This document shows positions 21,605 through 31,263 of a stretch of DNA of 64,000 nt, in pieces; position 1 is the stretch's first letter; every line of letters starts with the position of its first letter. Origin of the DNA: an uncultured Chlorobiaceae bacterium (GTDB lineage: Bacteria > Bacteroidota > Chlorobiia > Chlorobiales > Chlorobiaceae); the NCBI GenBank assembly GCA_903820085.1, contig CAIJGA010000032.1, positions 10,109 through 74,108 on the forward strand, read 5' to 3'. The notes under the pieces were generated by a model. That model was not told the DNA's origin. It worked only from the letters and a program-made list of their open reading frames with translations, and did not search any database. The position numbers and the translations under genes are program-made.

Positions 21605-22576
21605 TTATTGGCAAGGAAGTATGACTTTATGTTGGAAATCTAATTTATTTTCTTCGACCTGATTTTCCTGAGCAACGCTTTTCAGAAATTTCCTTACAGC
21701 CAAAAGAAAGGCTTCAGATTGCTCTTCGTGCGGAAGATGTCCGCAATCGGGTATAACCACCAGTTCCGCGCAGGGAAGTTCACGGGCAAGCCGGATACTC
21801 TCCTTTGTTTTGACGGTGAGATCGTGTTCACCGGTAATGACCAGCGAGGGCAACGACATGGTTTTCAGCCGCTTCTCCAGCCGGAGATGATGTGTTTCCA
21901 AAAAAAGCTCCCAGAACGCTCTCGACCAGTCGCCAATCATCAGGTCACTGCGAAACGCCGCAAGAACATCATCGTCCAGTCGCTCCTTGTTATACCAGAA
22001 GCCGCGAATATTGCGGTCATACAGTCTGGTGATGAGGAACTTCATCAGACGGGAAAAGAGCGGGGTCATTGCTTTCATCACAGGCTTCATGAATGCAGGA
22101 ACTTCACTTGTGGCATAGCCGCTGTAAATCATGGCACCGGAAAGTACCAACCCCTCAACATGCTGCGGATAACGCAGGGCACAGAGAAGCGCCAGGGTTC
22201 CCCCCGTTGAATTGCCAACCAGCACCGCTTTGCTGAAACCCAGCTTTTTTATCAGAGCGATAACTAGGTCACTCTGTGCCTCAGGAGTGTAGCTGACTCC
22301 TGTAGCTGTTGAGGGCAGAGGGCGTGAGGTAAACCCAAAAGCAGGGCGATCGAACGCCATGACCGTTGTCGTTTTCGCCAGCTCATCCAGCACGAACCGC
22401 CAGGACCGGAGACTCAGAAAACTCCCATGCAGCAGAACAATGAGCGGTTTTCCGCTGCCGGCCATCCGGTAGTGGACATTGAATCCGTTTACCTCAAGAA
22501 AGTGGCGGTCAACAGAGCTCTGTCGTCCGTTAGTGGCGTACGTTCCCGGGGCGATCAGTGTTGATTTTTCAGGCAT
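21605..22576 (-). CDS. alpha/beta hydrolase
   Basis: HG oxyanion motif (LLHGSF), nucleophile elbow GNSTGG, and a C-terminal CGHLPHEE. Confidence 0.75.
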   Translation of the reverse strand: MPEKSTLIAPGTYATNGRQSSVDRHFLEVNGFNVHYRMAGSGKPLIVLLHGSFLSLRSWRFVLDELAKTTTVMAFDRPAFGFTSRPLPSTATGVSYTPEAQSDLVIALIKKLGFSKAVLVGNSTGGTLALLCALRYPQHVEGLVLSGAMIYSGYATSEVPAFMKPVMKAMTPLFSRLMKFLITRLYDRNIRGFWYNKERLDDDVLAAFRSDLMIGDWSRAFWELFLETHHLRLEKRLKTMSLPSLVITGEHDLTVKTKESIRLARELPCAELVVIPDCGHLPHEEQSEAFLLAVRKFLKSVAQENQVEENKLDFQHKVILPCQ

Positions 22577-22588
22577 GGTGGCTGCGGT

Positions 22589-23323
22589 TTATATTGCGGC
22601 TATATTTTCAATGGTTAACCCTTTTCTAATTCCCCCCCCGCAAGGGTGCAACTGCCCGCCTTCCATTCGCAGGCAACGGTCGGCAAGAGCCGCGTACTCT
22701 TCGTTGTGCGTGACGATGATGAAGGAGGTGCGGCGTTCCTTGCTCAGGCGGGCCATGAGCTCATAGAGGATACGGCTGTTCTGGCTGTCGAGGTTGCCGC
22801 TTGGCTCATCAGCCAGTATTAGTTTCGGGTTGTTCATCAGGGCGCGGGCAATGGCCACACGCTGCTGTTCACCCCCGGAGAGTTCCGAGGGGAGGTGGTC
22901 GAAGCGTTCCGAAAGGCCAAGGCTTGAGAGCAGCTCTCCCGCCCGTTTTTTTGCGGGCGGGAGCTTGCCGGTGGCTATGAATTCGGGCATCGCCACATTT
23001 TCAAGGGCGGTAAAGTCGGAAAGAAGGTGGTGGAACTGGAAAACAAAGCCGATTTTCCGGTTCCGGAACTTTGCCAGGGCTTTTTGAGAGAGCGTGTATT
23101 TTTTATCCATGAAGAGGAGCTCCCGGTCAAAGATGATTTCACCGCTGTCGGGTGTGTCGAGGGTGCCAAGCAGGTTCAGCAAGGTTGTTTTTCCGCTTCC
23201 TGATGCTCCGATGACGGTCACCATCTCACCTTCACCAAGCGCGAGATTGACTCCGCGGAGGATCTCCAGGCTCTTTTTTCCCGGCATGGTGTAGGACTTG
23301 CTGATATTTTTTGCTTCGAGCAT
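22589..23323 (-). CDS. ABC transporter ATP-binding protein (LolD/MacB-type)
   Basis: Walker [10 protein letters not shown], signature LSGGEQQR, Walker B LILADEP. Confidence 0.85.
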   Translation of the reverse strand: MLEAKNISKSYTMPGKKSLEILRGVNLALGEGEMVTVIGASGSGKTTLLNLLGTLDTPDSGEIIFDRELLFMDKKYTLSQKALAKFRNRKIGFVFQFHHLLSDFTALENVAMPEFIATGKLPPAKKRAGELLSSLGLSERFDHLPSELSGGEQQRVAIARALMNNPKLILADEPSGNLDSQNSRILYELMARLSKERRTSFIIVTHNEEYAALADRCLRMEGGQLHPCGGGIRKGLTIENIAAI

Positions 23324-23326
23324 GGT

Positions 23327-24583
23327 TTACGCGGGTCTGGTTTGGCCGTTTCCTTCGATAATCCATTTGTAGGTGGTGAGCTCTTTGAGGGCCATCGGGC
23401 CCCTTGCATGCAGCTTCTGCGTGCTGATCCCGATCTCAGCGCCAAGTCCGAACTGTGCGCCGTCGGTGAAGGCGGTTGAAGTGTTGGCATAGACCACCGC
23501 AGCATCAACCCGTTTGAGGAAGGTGGCCGTTGTTTCGGCGTCGGTTGCAATGATGGCTTCACTGTGGCGGGAGCTGTAGCGGGCAATATGCTCCAACGCT
23601 TCATCAAGCGAGGCAACGGTTTTTACCGACATCTTCATCGAGAGGAACTCGGTGCCGAAATGTTCCGGCTCAGCCTGATGGAGCAGTGCTTCGGGGTAGA
23701 AGCCTTGCAGCGCATGAAAAGCGGCTTCATCGGCAAAGAGCACGACCTGCTTCTCCTGAAGGGGTGCCACCAGAGCAGGGAGGTCACCGAGACGGTCGCG
23801 GTGGATCACCAGTGTGTCGAGCGCGTTGCAGACGCTCGGACGGCGGGTTTTGGCGTTGAAGATGATATCCTTGCCCAGCTCAAGCTCTCCGCTTTTGTCG
23901 AAATAGGTGTGCACAATGCCTGCTCCGGTTTCGATGACCGGAACTTTGGCGTTGTTACGCACAAAGTCGATCAGCTTCTGGCTCCCTCTCGGAATGATCA
24001 TGTCGATGTAGCCGACCGCGTTGAGCATGACTGCTGCCGCTTCCCGTTCTGCGGGCAGCAGGTAAATGGTATCGGGATTGATACCATGCCTCTTCAGGAC
24101 AGAATGGATGAGCTCCACAATGGCGATATTGGAGTACATGGCATCGCTTCCGCCTTTCAGGACGGTTGCATTGCCTGATTTCAGGCAGAGCGCAAAGACG
24201 TCGAAGGTGACGTTTGGCCTTGCCTCGTAGATAATGCCGATTACGCCAATCGGCACGGTCACTTTTTTCAGGTTGAGGCCGTTCGGCAACACCCGCTGTT
24301 CAAGCACCGTATCAAGCGGAGAGGGTAGCGACGCCACATTGCGAATGTCGGCAGCGATGGCATCAAGCCGGGACTCGTTCAGCAGCAGACGGTCAACCAT
24401 CGGGTCTCTGGGATCCATCCGTTCGATATCTTTCCGGTTGGCCTTGAGAATGGCATCCTGATGAGCGGGGATGCTCTCGGCAAGGGCAAGCAGCAGAAGG
24501 TTGATGGCCTCGTCGGTGAGGGTGATGATCTCCCTGCTTGCCAGCTGGACGGCTATTAGCTGTTTTGTAATCGTATCCTTCAT
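23327..24583 (-). CDS. proA: glutamate-5-semialdehyde dehydrogenase
   Basis: Full-length ProA pattern ([24 protein letters not shown]) and adjacency to proB. Confidence 0.95.
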   Translation of the reverse strand: MKDTITKQLIAVQLASREIITLTDEAINLLLLALAESIPAHQDAILKANRKDIERMDPRDPMVDRLLLNESRLDAIAADIRNVASLPSPLDTVLEQRVLPNGLNLKKVTVPIGVIGIIYEARPNVTFDVFALCLKSGNATVLKGGSDAMYSNIAIVELIHSVLKRHGINPDTIYLLPAEREAAAVMLNAVGYIDMIIPRGSQKLIDFVRNNAKVPVIETGAGIVHTYFDKSGELELGKDIIFNAKTRRPSVCNALDTLVIHRDRLGDLPALVAPLQEKQVVLFADEAAFHALQGFYPEALLHQAEPEHFGTEFLSMKMSVKTVASLDEALEHIARYSSRHSEAIIATDAETTATFLKRVDAAVVYANTSTAFTDGAQFGLGAEIGISTQKLHARGPMALKELTTYKWIIEGNGQTRPA

Positions 24584-24595
24584 GTCGAAACAGAT

Positions 24596-25684
24596 TCAGG
24601 TGGTAATATAGAGGTAATCGTAATGAATCAGGGGCTTCTGATCATTCAGCCCCATGATGGACAATGTTTTTTCCGAGCTGTATTGCGCCATGCCATAGCC
24701 GATGATGGTTCCGTCCAATGCGCATACCTTGATAATGTCACCTTTCAGAAAGCGCCCTTCGACCGACTCAATACCGACCGGCAGCAGGCTGTTTGCGCGA
24801 TCTCCGGCCACCAAGGCCATTTCAGCACCCATGTTGACGGTGACCGCTCCCTTTTCCATCCCTTCGCTGTTGGCAATCCACCGTTTCGGCCCGTGCGTTG
24901 GCTTTTGCGGCAGAAATATTGTCCCGTTTTGTTCGCCCTTGAGAATTGAGAGGAGAATACCGGGAGTTCGTCCGTTGGCGATATGGACGGTGATACCGAG
25001 TCGCGAGAGCTTCTGCGCGATATGGCATTTGGTCAGCATCCCTCCTCGGCCGAATTCCGATTTTCCCGGATGGATATACTGATGGAAATGTTTTGTCGAA
25101 GGGTCAATGACGGGGATGATGGAGCCATCTCCTGATTTCATGTCAAACAGGCCGTCAACATGCGAGAGAATAATATAGCCCTCGACATCCATCATTGAGG
25201 CAATGAGCCCTGAGAGCTCATCGTTGTCGGTAAACATCAGCTCGGTCACAGAGACGGCATCGTTCTCATTGACAACCGGAATGATGCTCTGCTGCAGCAG
25301 GGAGCTGAAGCAGGTCTGCATGTTAAGATAGTGCAGGCGGTCGCTGAAATCACTCTTGGTAACAAGGATCTGGGCGGTAACCAGTCCGTGCGCTGCAAAG
25401 AGCTCGTTGTAGGTACTGATCAGTTTGATCTGACCGGTCGAGGCAAGAACCTGCCGGGCCGCAACCGGTGCAATGGTGCCCGAAAGTTTGACCACCGAAC
25501 GGCCTGCGCCTACAGCTCCCGATGAGACGAGGATGATTTGAATCCCTTGCTTCTGCAACTCTGCTATCTGGGCAGTGAGCTGCTGGAGAATTTCAAGGTC
25601 AAGTTCGCCGTTTTTAGAGGTAATGACGTTGGTTCCGACTTTGACGACTATTTTTTTATAGAGAGGATGATGTAGCTGTTTCAT
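24596..25684 (-). CDS. proB: glutamate 5-kinase with C-terminal PUA domain
   Basis: VVKVGTNVIT, VSSGAVGAG, NENDAV, and a PUA-like C-terminus. Confidence 0.95.
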   Translation of the reverse strand: MKQLHHPLYKKIVVKVGTNVITSKNGELDLEILQQLTAQIAELQKQGIQIILVSSGAVGAGRSVVKLSGTIAPVAARQVLASTGQIKLISTYNELFAAHGLVTAQILVTKSDFSDRLHYLNMQTCFSSLLQQSIIPVVNENDAVSVTELMFTDNDELSGLIASMMDVEGYIILSHVDGLFDMKSGDGSIIPVIDPSTKHFHQYIHPGKSEFGRGGMLTKCHIAQKLSRLGITVHIANGRTPGILLSILKGEQNGTIFLPQKPTHGPKRWIANSEGMEKGAVTVNMGAEMALVAGDRANSLLPVGIESVEGRFLKGDIIKVCALDGTIIGYGMAQYSSEKTLSIMGLNDQKPLIHYDYLYITT

Positions 25685-25687
25685 GCG

Positions 25688-26014
25688 TTAGTGAACCTGT
25701 TCCTGACTGAAGTGCAACCCCGCAACGCCGATAATAATCAGCAGCAGGGATACGAGTTTAATGGCATTGATCCCTTCACCGAACCAGATGACTCCGATAA
25801 CGGTTATTGTCGCCGTTCCTATTCCTGACCATATCGCATAGGTCAATGCGATGGGCAGAACCTTGAGCGCCAGTGAAAGAAAGGTAAAGCTCAGCCCGTA
25901 AAAAATAAAGATAAAAAGCGTTGGTGCAAGTTTACTGAATCCGTCAGAGATTTTCATGCAGGTAGTACCGGATACTTCAAGCAAAATGGCAATAATCAGA
26001 TAGAACCAGTGCAT
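25688..26014 (-). CDS. SMR family small multidrug resistance transporter
   Basis: 108 aa with four TM segments and a conserved membrane Glu (AILLEVSGTTCMK). Start chosen at 26014. Confidence 0.8.
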   Translation of the reverse strand: MHWFYLIIAILLEVSGTTCMKISDGFSKLAPTLFIFIFYGLSFTFLSLALKVLPIALTYAIWSGIGTATITVIGVIWFGEGINAIKLVSLLLIIIGVAGLHFSQEQVH

Positions 26015-26167
26015 TGTTTTAAGAAGTATAAGGTTACAGGCGATTGAGCGCCTGAAGATGGGGCCAGGGGAGGCCGGTTTGTGTTCAACAGAAAAGATAT
26101 GCATATTTCGTTTCGGATAGGAAAAAAACTGCCGCCGGGTCAGTGATGAACTTCTGAATTGTAAACG

Positions 26168-28318
26168 ATGCTGTTGTTAAGCCTGATCGATATCTCATTG
26201 CCTTTAAAAAATCCGGTATTACAGTTCTCACTGTTACTGTTTATCATTCTTTTCGCCCCGGTGCTTCTTAACCGGCTGAAAATCCCGAGCCTGATCAGTC
26301 TTATTCTTGCCGGTGCGTTGATTGGCCCTCACGGGTTGAACCTCATGCTTCGAGACAACAGTATCATATTGTTCGGAACAGTGGGTTTGCTCTATATCAT
26401 GTTTCTGGCGGGGCTTGAGATTGATGTTGCCGATTTCCGCAAGAACAGCACCAAAAGTATTCTGTTTGGACTCTATACCTTCTTTATCTCCATTATTCTC
26501 GGTATTCTCGTAGCGCTCTATATCCTTCAGTTTTCGCTGCTTTCCTCCATTCTTATCGGCAGTATTTTTGCCTCTCACACGCTCATTGTCTACCCGGTTA
26601 TCAGCAAGCTCGGTATTGCCAAAAACAAGGCGGTCAATATTGCAATCGGCGGCACCCTTATTACCGATACCCTTGCCCTTCTGGTGCTGGCGGTCGTGGT
26701 CGAATTGTCTGGCGGAGCGCTGACGGGCATGTTCTGGCTTAAGCTGGTTATCGGGGTAATGCTTTTCGGCCTGATTGTCCTTTTCCTCATTCCGGTCATA
26801 GCAAGGTGGTTTTTCAAGCGTTTTGATGACAGTGTCCTGCAGTACCTCTTTGTTCTCGCCCTGGTTTTTTTTAGCGCATTTCTTGCTGAAGCTGCCGGTG
26901 TTGAGGCCATTATCGGCGCGTTTCTCGGTGGTCTTGCTCTCAACCGCCTGATTCCGCGCACATCTCCGCTCATGAACCGAATCAAGTTTGTCGGCAATGC
27001 CATCTTTATTCCCTTTTTTCTGATCGGTGTCGGGATGCTGATCAATATACAGGCTTTTTTCAAGGGTTATGAAACCATTGAAGTGGCTTTCGTTATCACC
27101 GTTGCGGCTACGATAGCCAAATACCTTTCCGCCTGGATTACTCAAAAACTCTTCGGCTTTTCGCTTGATCAGCGCCGCCTTATCTTTGGACTCATCAGCG
27201 CCCATGCAGCTCTGGCCCTTGCTACGGTACTGATCGGGTACAATATTGTCACCGGGTTTACCCTCAATGGTAACCCCATCAGGCTGCTTAATGAAAATGT
27301 ACTGAACGGCACGATTCTCTTTATTCTGGTCACCTGCACCCTCGCTACAATTGTCGGCGAAAAAGGTGCGCGGAATATCGCGCTTGCCGAAACAATTGAT
27401 GACGCGGTTGAAACAGCAGTTCCCGGCACTGATGAGCGGATACTGATTCCCATGAACCATATCAGCACGGTAGACGAACTGGTCAATCTTAGCGTTACCT
27501 TGAAATCGGGCAAAACCCATAATGGCATTTACGCCATGCATGTCGCCGATAACAGCATGCCGGATGAAACAGCAGAAAAGCATGCAGAGAAAATTCTTGA
27601 AAAAGCCGCAGTGGCTGCATCGTCAACCGATAACAAGCTGACAGGACTGCTTCGTTATGACAGTGACCTGGTCAATGGTATTGCCGGAGTGATCCGGGAG
27701 CAGAAAATCACCGTCCTGATTTTAGGACTTCATCAAAAGAATGGTCTGACGGATACCTTTCTCGGCAGTGCATCAGAGAATATTCTCGGCCGCTGTAATG
27801 TGACGACCTTTATCTACAAACCTGTTCAGCCTCTCGCCACCATTCGGCGAACCATTGCCGTTATCCCTGAAGGGGCAGAAAATGAGATCGGTTTTGTGCT
27901 CTGGATGCAGAGAGTTATGAATATTATGAAAAACACCGGGAGTAAACTCGTTGTCCATGCTTCCAAACAGACCATTGCCTGTCTGAAGGAGAGCTATTCA
28001 GAGAGCTTTGCTCATGCAGAGTACAAGGTGTTCAAGGAATGGGATGATTTTCTGTCGCTGTCGAGGGAAATAAAAAATGATGATAACCTCATTATCGTGA
28101 TGAGCAGGAAAAACTACCTCTCCTATCATCCAAAGATGGCAAGAATTCCAGCTTATCTCAACAGGTACTTCCAAAAAAACAGCTTTATCCTTATTTTTCC
28201 TGTTCAGATAGGTATTGCTCAAGATACTTGCGAGGATACTCCTCTTCAGTCCCTCCAGAAAACCCGTGTCAATTTTGAAAATATCCTGAAAAAAGTCTAC
28301 AACAGAGTGCGGCGATGA
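26168..28318 (+). CDS. cation:proton antiporter (CPA2-like) with a roughly 300-aa cytoplasmic C-terminal domain
   Basis: The N-terminal ~400 aa are polytopic with Na+/H+ exchanger-like motifs. The soluble C-terminal half resembles tandem USP-like alpha/beta modules. Confidence 0.8.
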   Translation: MLLLSLIDISLPLKNPVLQFSLLLFIILFAPVLLNRLKIPSLISLILAGALIGPHGLNLMLRDNSIILFGTVGLLYIMFLAGLEIDVADFRKNSTKSILFGLYTFFISIILGILVALYILQFSLLSSILIGSIFASHTLIVYPVISKLGIAKNKAVNIAIGGTLITDTLALLVLAVVVELSGGALTGMFWLKLVIGVMLFGLIVLFLIPVIARWFFKRFDDSVLQYLFVLALVFFSAFLAEAAGVEAIIGAFLGGLALNRLIPRTSPLMNRIKFVGNAIFIPFFLIGVGMLINIQAFFKGYETIEVAFVITVAATIAKYLSAWITQKLFGFSLDQRRLIFGLISAHAALALATVLIGYNIVTGFTLNGNPIRLLNENVLNGTILFILVTCTLATIVGEKGARNIALAETIDDAVETAVPGTDERILIPMNHISTVDELVNLSVTLKSGKTHNGIYAMHVADNSMPDETAEKHAEKILEKAAVAASSTDNKLTGLLRYDSDLVNGIAGVIREQKITVLILGLHQKNGLTDTFLGSASENILGRCNVTTFIYKPVQPLATIRRTIAVIPEGAENEIGFVLWMQRVMNIMKNTGSKLVVHASKQTIACLKESYSESFAHAEYKVFKEWDDFLSLSREIKNDDNLIIVMSRKNYLSYHPKMARIPAYLNRYFQKNSFILIFPVQIGIAQDTCEDTPLQSLQKTRVNFENILKKVYNRVRR

Positions 28319-28893
28319 AGTTTATCTCTCATTTGGCACGAACGGTTTTTTTCGTTCAGGTGTTTATGGTTACACTATCGGCATGCAATGGAGCGCAGTC
28401 GAAAACAGTAACTCAAAATTCCAAAGTCATGACTGACAAGCAACATCCGGCCAATCCCTACTACTCGCGTACTGATACGACGAGTCTCACTCTTTCTGAT
28501 GCCGTATGGAAAGAGGTGCTTTCTCCAGAACTCTATGAGGTGGCGCGCCACGGATCAACAGAACAGGCATTTTCTGGAAAGTACTGGGATTATGAGGGAA
28601 GGGGATCCTACCACTGTGCAGCATGTGGCAACAGGCTTTTCCGCTCCGACGCCAAGTTTGTCACTACCTGCGGATGGCCCAGCTTTTTTGAAGCCGTACG
28701 CCCCAACAGTGTCCTCTACCGGAAAGACTCCTCATTCGGAATGGAGCGGACAGAAGTTGTCTGCGGAAGGTGCAAAGCGCACCTCGGCCATGTTTTTGAC
28801 GATGGCCCGCCCCCAACGGGAAAGCGTTTTTGCATGAACTCCATCGCACTCGAGTTTGATCAGGATAAAGCCTCGCCGAAAAAACGGCCGTAA
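28315..28893 (+). CDS. msrB: exported (lipobox LSAC) peptide-methionine (R)-S-oxide reductase
   Basis: SelR motifs YHCAACGNRLF, GWPSF, VVCGRCKAHLGHVF and RFCMNS. The start overlaps the antiporter stop (ATGA at 28315-28318). Confidence 0.9.
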   Translation: MKFISHLARTVFFVQVFMVTLSACNGAQSKTVTQNSKVMTDKQHPANPYYSRTDTTSLTLSDAVWKEVLSPELYEVARHGSTEQAFSGKYWDYEGRGSYHCAACGNRLFRSDAKFVTTCGWPSFFEAVRPNSVLYRKDSSFGMERTEVVCGRCKAHLGHVFDDGPPPTGKRFCMNSIALEFDQDKASPKKRP

Positions 28894-29045
28894 GGGAATG
28901 CCTATACCTGAAAAGTCAAAGAGACGATGTACCCGTATTGGCGCAAGACATTGTCATGAACCCTCAAGTTCATAAATGTGTTAGTGGGTAAATAATTGCA
29001 AGAGATGTACCCTGTCTTTGTAACAATTCAATTGAGGATCCTGCC

Positions 29046-30131
29046 ATGTCAATACTCTATACCCCGTTCACTCTTGGCCCTATAGTGTTGCAGAACCGTC
29101 TGGTGATGGCACCGATGACACGCAGCCGTGCACCCGGCAATATTCCCAATGCCCTTATGGTGGAGTATTACGCACAACGCAGTTCCGCAGGACTCATCAT
29201 TACCGAGGGTACCTCCTCCTCAGCGAATGGCTTGGGCTACCCGCGCATACCGGGCATATTCTCTGCAGCCCAGATAGAGGGCTGGAAGGCCATTACTGAA
29301 GCGGTGCACGCTAAGGGCTCCAGGATATTTCTTCAACTCATGCACTGCGGGCGAATCTCCCATCCTCTGAACATGCCTGCGGGTGCCCGCCTGCTTGCTC
29401 CTTCAGCCGTTGCAGCTTCCGGCGAGATGTACACGGATGCCGAGGGGATGAAGCCTTTTCCCGTGCCGGAGGCCATGACTGCGGATGATATCAGGGTCGC
29501 AATCGCCGAGTATGCCGAGGCTGCCAAATTTGCCGTGGAGGCAGGTTTCGATGGCGTTGAACTGCATGCTGCGAACGGCTATCTCCTCGAACAGTTTATC
29601 CGCCCGAATTCGAATTTGCGTACTGACGGTTACGGCGGATCAATCGAAGGTCGTGCACGGTTTGTGCTTGAAGTTGTCGAAGCGGTGAAATCGGCTATCG
29701 GAAAAGAGAGAGTCGGTATCCGGCTTTCCCCGTTCGGTGTGTTCAACGATATGCCACTCTATGAGAAAATGGAGGAAGAGTACACCTGGCTGGCCAAACA
29801 GCTCAACGACTCCGGTTTGGCATACCTGCATCTTGTGGACCATTCGTCAATGGGCGCACCGCCTGTGCCCGACAGCATGAAGGCGACATTCCGCAACTCC
29901 TTCAAGGGTGCCTTGATTCTATCCGGAGGTTACGATGCCCAGCACGCCGAAAGCGATCTGAAGAGCGGAAAAGGTGACCTCATTGCATTTGGGCGGGCTT
30001 TTATTGCCAATCCCGACTTTATCGAACGGCTGAAGAGCGGGGCAGCCCTGAACCCTCCTGATATGGATACATTCTATACCCCCGGACCAAAGGGATATAC
30101 TGACTATCCGACGTTGCATGAAATCAAATGA
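29046..30131 (+). CDS. Old Yellow Enzyme family NADH:flavin oxidoreductase (alkene/NEM reductase-like)
   Basis: LVMAPMTR, QLMHCGR, GFDGVELHAANGYL and AFGRAFIANPD motifs. Confidence 0.9.
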   Translation: MSILYTPFTLGPIVLQNRLVMAPMTRSRAPGNIPNALMVEYYAQRSSAGLIITEGTSSSANGLGYPRIPGIFSAAQIEGWKAITEAVHAKGSRIFLQLMHCGRISHPLNMPAGARLLAPSAVAASGEMYTDAEGMKPFPVPEAMTADDIRVAIAEYAEAAKFAVEAGFDGVELHAANGYLLEQFIRPNSNLRTDGYGGSIEGRARFVLEVVEAVKSAIGKERVGIRLSPFGVFNDMPLYEKMEEEYTWLAKQLNDSGLAYLHLVDHSSMGAPPVPDSMKATFRNSFKGALILSGGYDAQHAESDLKSGKGDLIAFGRAFIANPDFIERLKSGAALNPPDMDTFYTPGPKGYTDYPTLHEIK

Positions 30132-30236
30132 ATACTCTTTTTTTTAGCAAAAGAGTAATATTTTGCGGTTTATCCGGTTGCAATATAACCTGGACTTCGG
30201 AACTGGTTTGGTGAATTTAATCAGAGGACTTTTACA

Positions 30237-31244
30237 ATGGCGTTATGGAATTCGGTTACAGGGCAGTTACGGTCTGTCATTGAATGGAAAAATCCGGCTC
30301 CGGATATTCTTTTCCAAAGATGGACGGATAATGGCGATGAGATCAAAAATGCGTCGAAGCTTATTGTTGGTCCCGGCCAGGGCGTGATCTTTGTTTATGA
30401 AGGTAAGCCACAAGCTGTCATTACCGAACCGGGCATGACCGACTTGAAAACACAGAATATCCCGTTCTGGACGACGATCACAAAATTCATGCAGGCTTTC
30501 AAGAGTGAGCACAAGGTCGGGATCTATTTTTTCCGGGCTGCTGAAATTCTGAACCAGGGTTGGGGTACTCCCGGCCCAGTGAAATATATCGATCCGCAGT
30601 ACAAGTTTCCTGTCGGGATGAAGGGTTTTGGCAATTTTTCCTTCCGTATCTCGGACGCTGGAAGTTTCTTCATAAATGTTATGGGCCAGAGGGATGAGTT
30701 CACCGTTGATGAGCTCCGTCCGGTTGTTGTGGCAAGGCTTGTCCAGCCGCTCACGGATTTTCTTGCTGAAGCAAAGTTCGGCTATAATGAGATTGATGCC
30801 AACAGGAATGAAATTGCAGACGGAGTGCGCGAAAAGGTAGCTCCGATTTTCCTGACTCTTGGTTTCGAGCTTAAGGATTTTCGTGTCGAAAATACTGATT
30901 TTGATGATGACACCAGGCGCCGCGTGGCACGTATTGCGGATATGCAGGCAGAAGCACAGGCCGCCCAGGCTGTCGGTTTGAATTTTACTCAGGTACAACA
31001 GTTGGCAGCCCTTCGGGATGCGGCCCAGAACCAGGGAGGAATGGCCGGTATGGGAGTTGGTCTTGGTGCAGGTGTTGGAATGGGTCAGGCAATGGCAGGC
31101 ATGATGGGCAACATGAATGCACCGCAAGCGGCGGCAGAAGATCCAGTGGCCAAGCTTGCCAAATTGAAGCAGATGCTTGACAACGACCTCATTACCCAAC
31201 AGGAATACGATACCAAAAAGCAGCAGATTCTTACGCAACTGTAA
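30237..31244 (+). CDS. SPFH/band-7 protein of the YdjI (COG4260) type with a C-terminal SHOCT-like tail
   Basis: N-terminus VIEWKNPAPDILFQRW...IVGPGQGVIFVYEGK resembles B. subtilis YdjI. A Gly/Met/Ala-rich linker follows, then AKLAKLKQMLDNDLITQQEYDTKKQQIL (SHOCT-like). Confidence 0.75.
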   Translation: MALWNSVTGQLRSVIEWKNPAPDILFQRWTDNGDEIKNASKLIVGPGQGVIFVYEGKPQAVITEPGMTDLKTQNIPFWTTITKFMQAFKSEHKVGIYFFRAAEILNQGWGTPGPVKYIDPQYKFPVGMKGFGNFSFRISDAGSFFINVMGQRDEFTVDELRPVVVARLVQPLTDFLAEAKFGYNEIDANRNEIADGVREKVAPIFLTLGFELKDFRVENTDFDDDTRRRVARIADMQAEAQAAQAVGLNFTQVQQLAALRDAAQNQGGMAGMGVGLGAGVGMGQAMAGMMGNMNAPQAAAEDPVAKLAKLKQMLDNDLITQQEYDTKKQQILTQL

Positions 31245-31263
31245 TCACTGTAAGGAGTCACCC

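Noticed and set aside
21374-21643. 89-aa plus-strand ORF, plus a short hydrophobic minus-strand reading frame, in the degT/hydrolase convergent spacer
   Set aside because: Neither has a convincing start or recognisable motifs. The region also contains a GGCGCCG/CGGCGCC hairpin (21494-21518) and is more simply a 3' intergenic spacer.
22632-22639. C8 homopolymer (G8 on the coding strand) near the 3' end of the LolD-like gene, a possible phase-variation tract
   Set aside because: It lies in the last 20 or so codons, beyond the ABC domain. Plus-one or minus-one slippage would only swap a short tail, since stops follow quickly in all frames. A functional switch is therefore unlikely.
26234-27583. 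449-aa minus-strand ORF
   Set aside because: It is antisense to the cation:proton antiporter. Its composition is Lys/Asn/Asp-rich with no domain signature.
30267-31238. 323-aa minus-strand ORF
   Set aside because: It is antisense to the SPFH gene, which has clear YdjI-like motifs.
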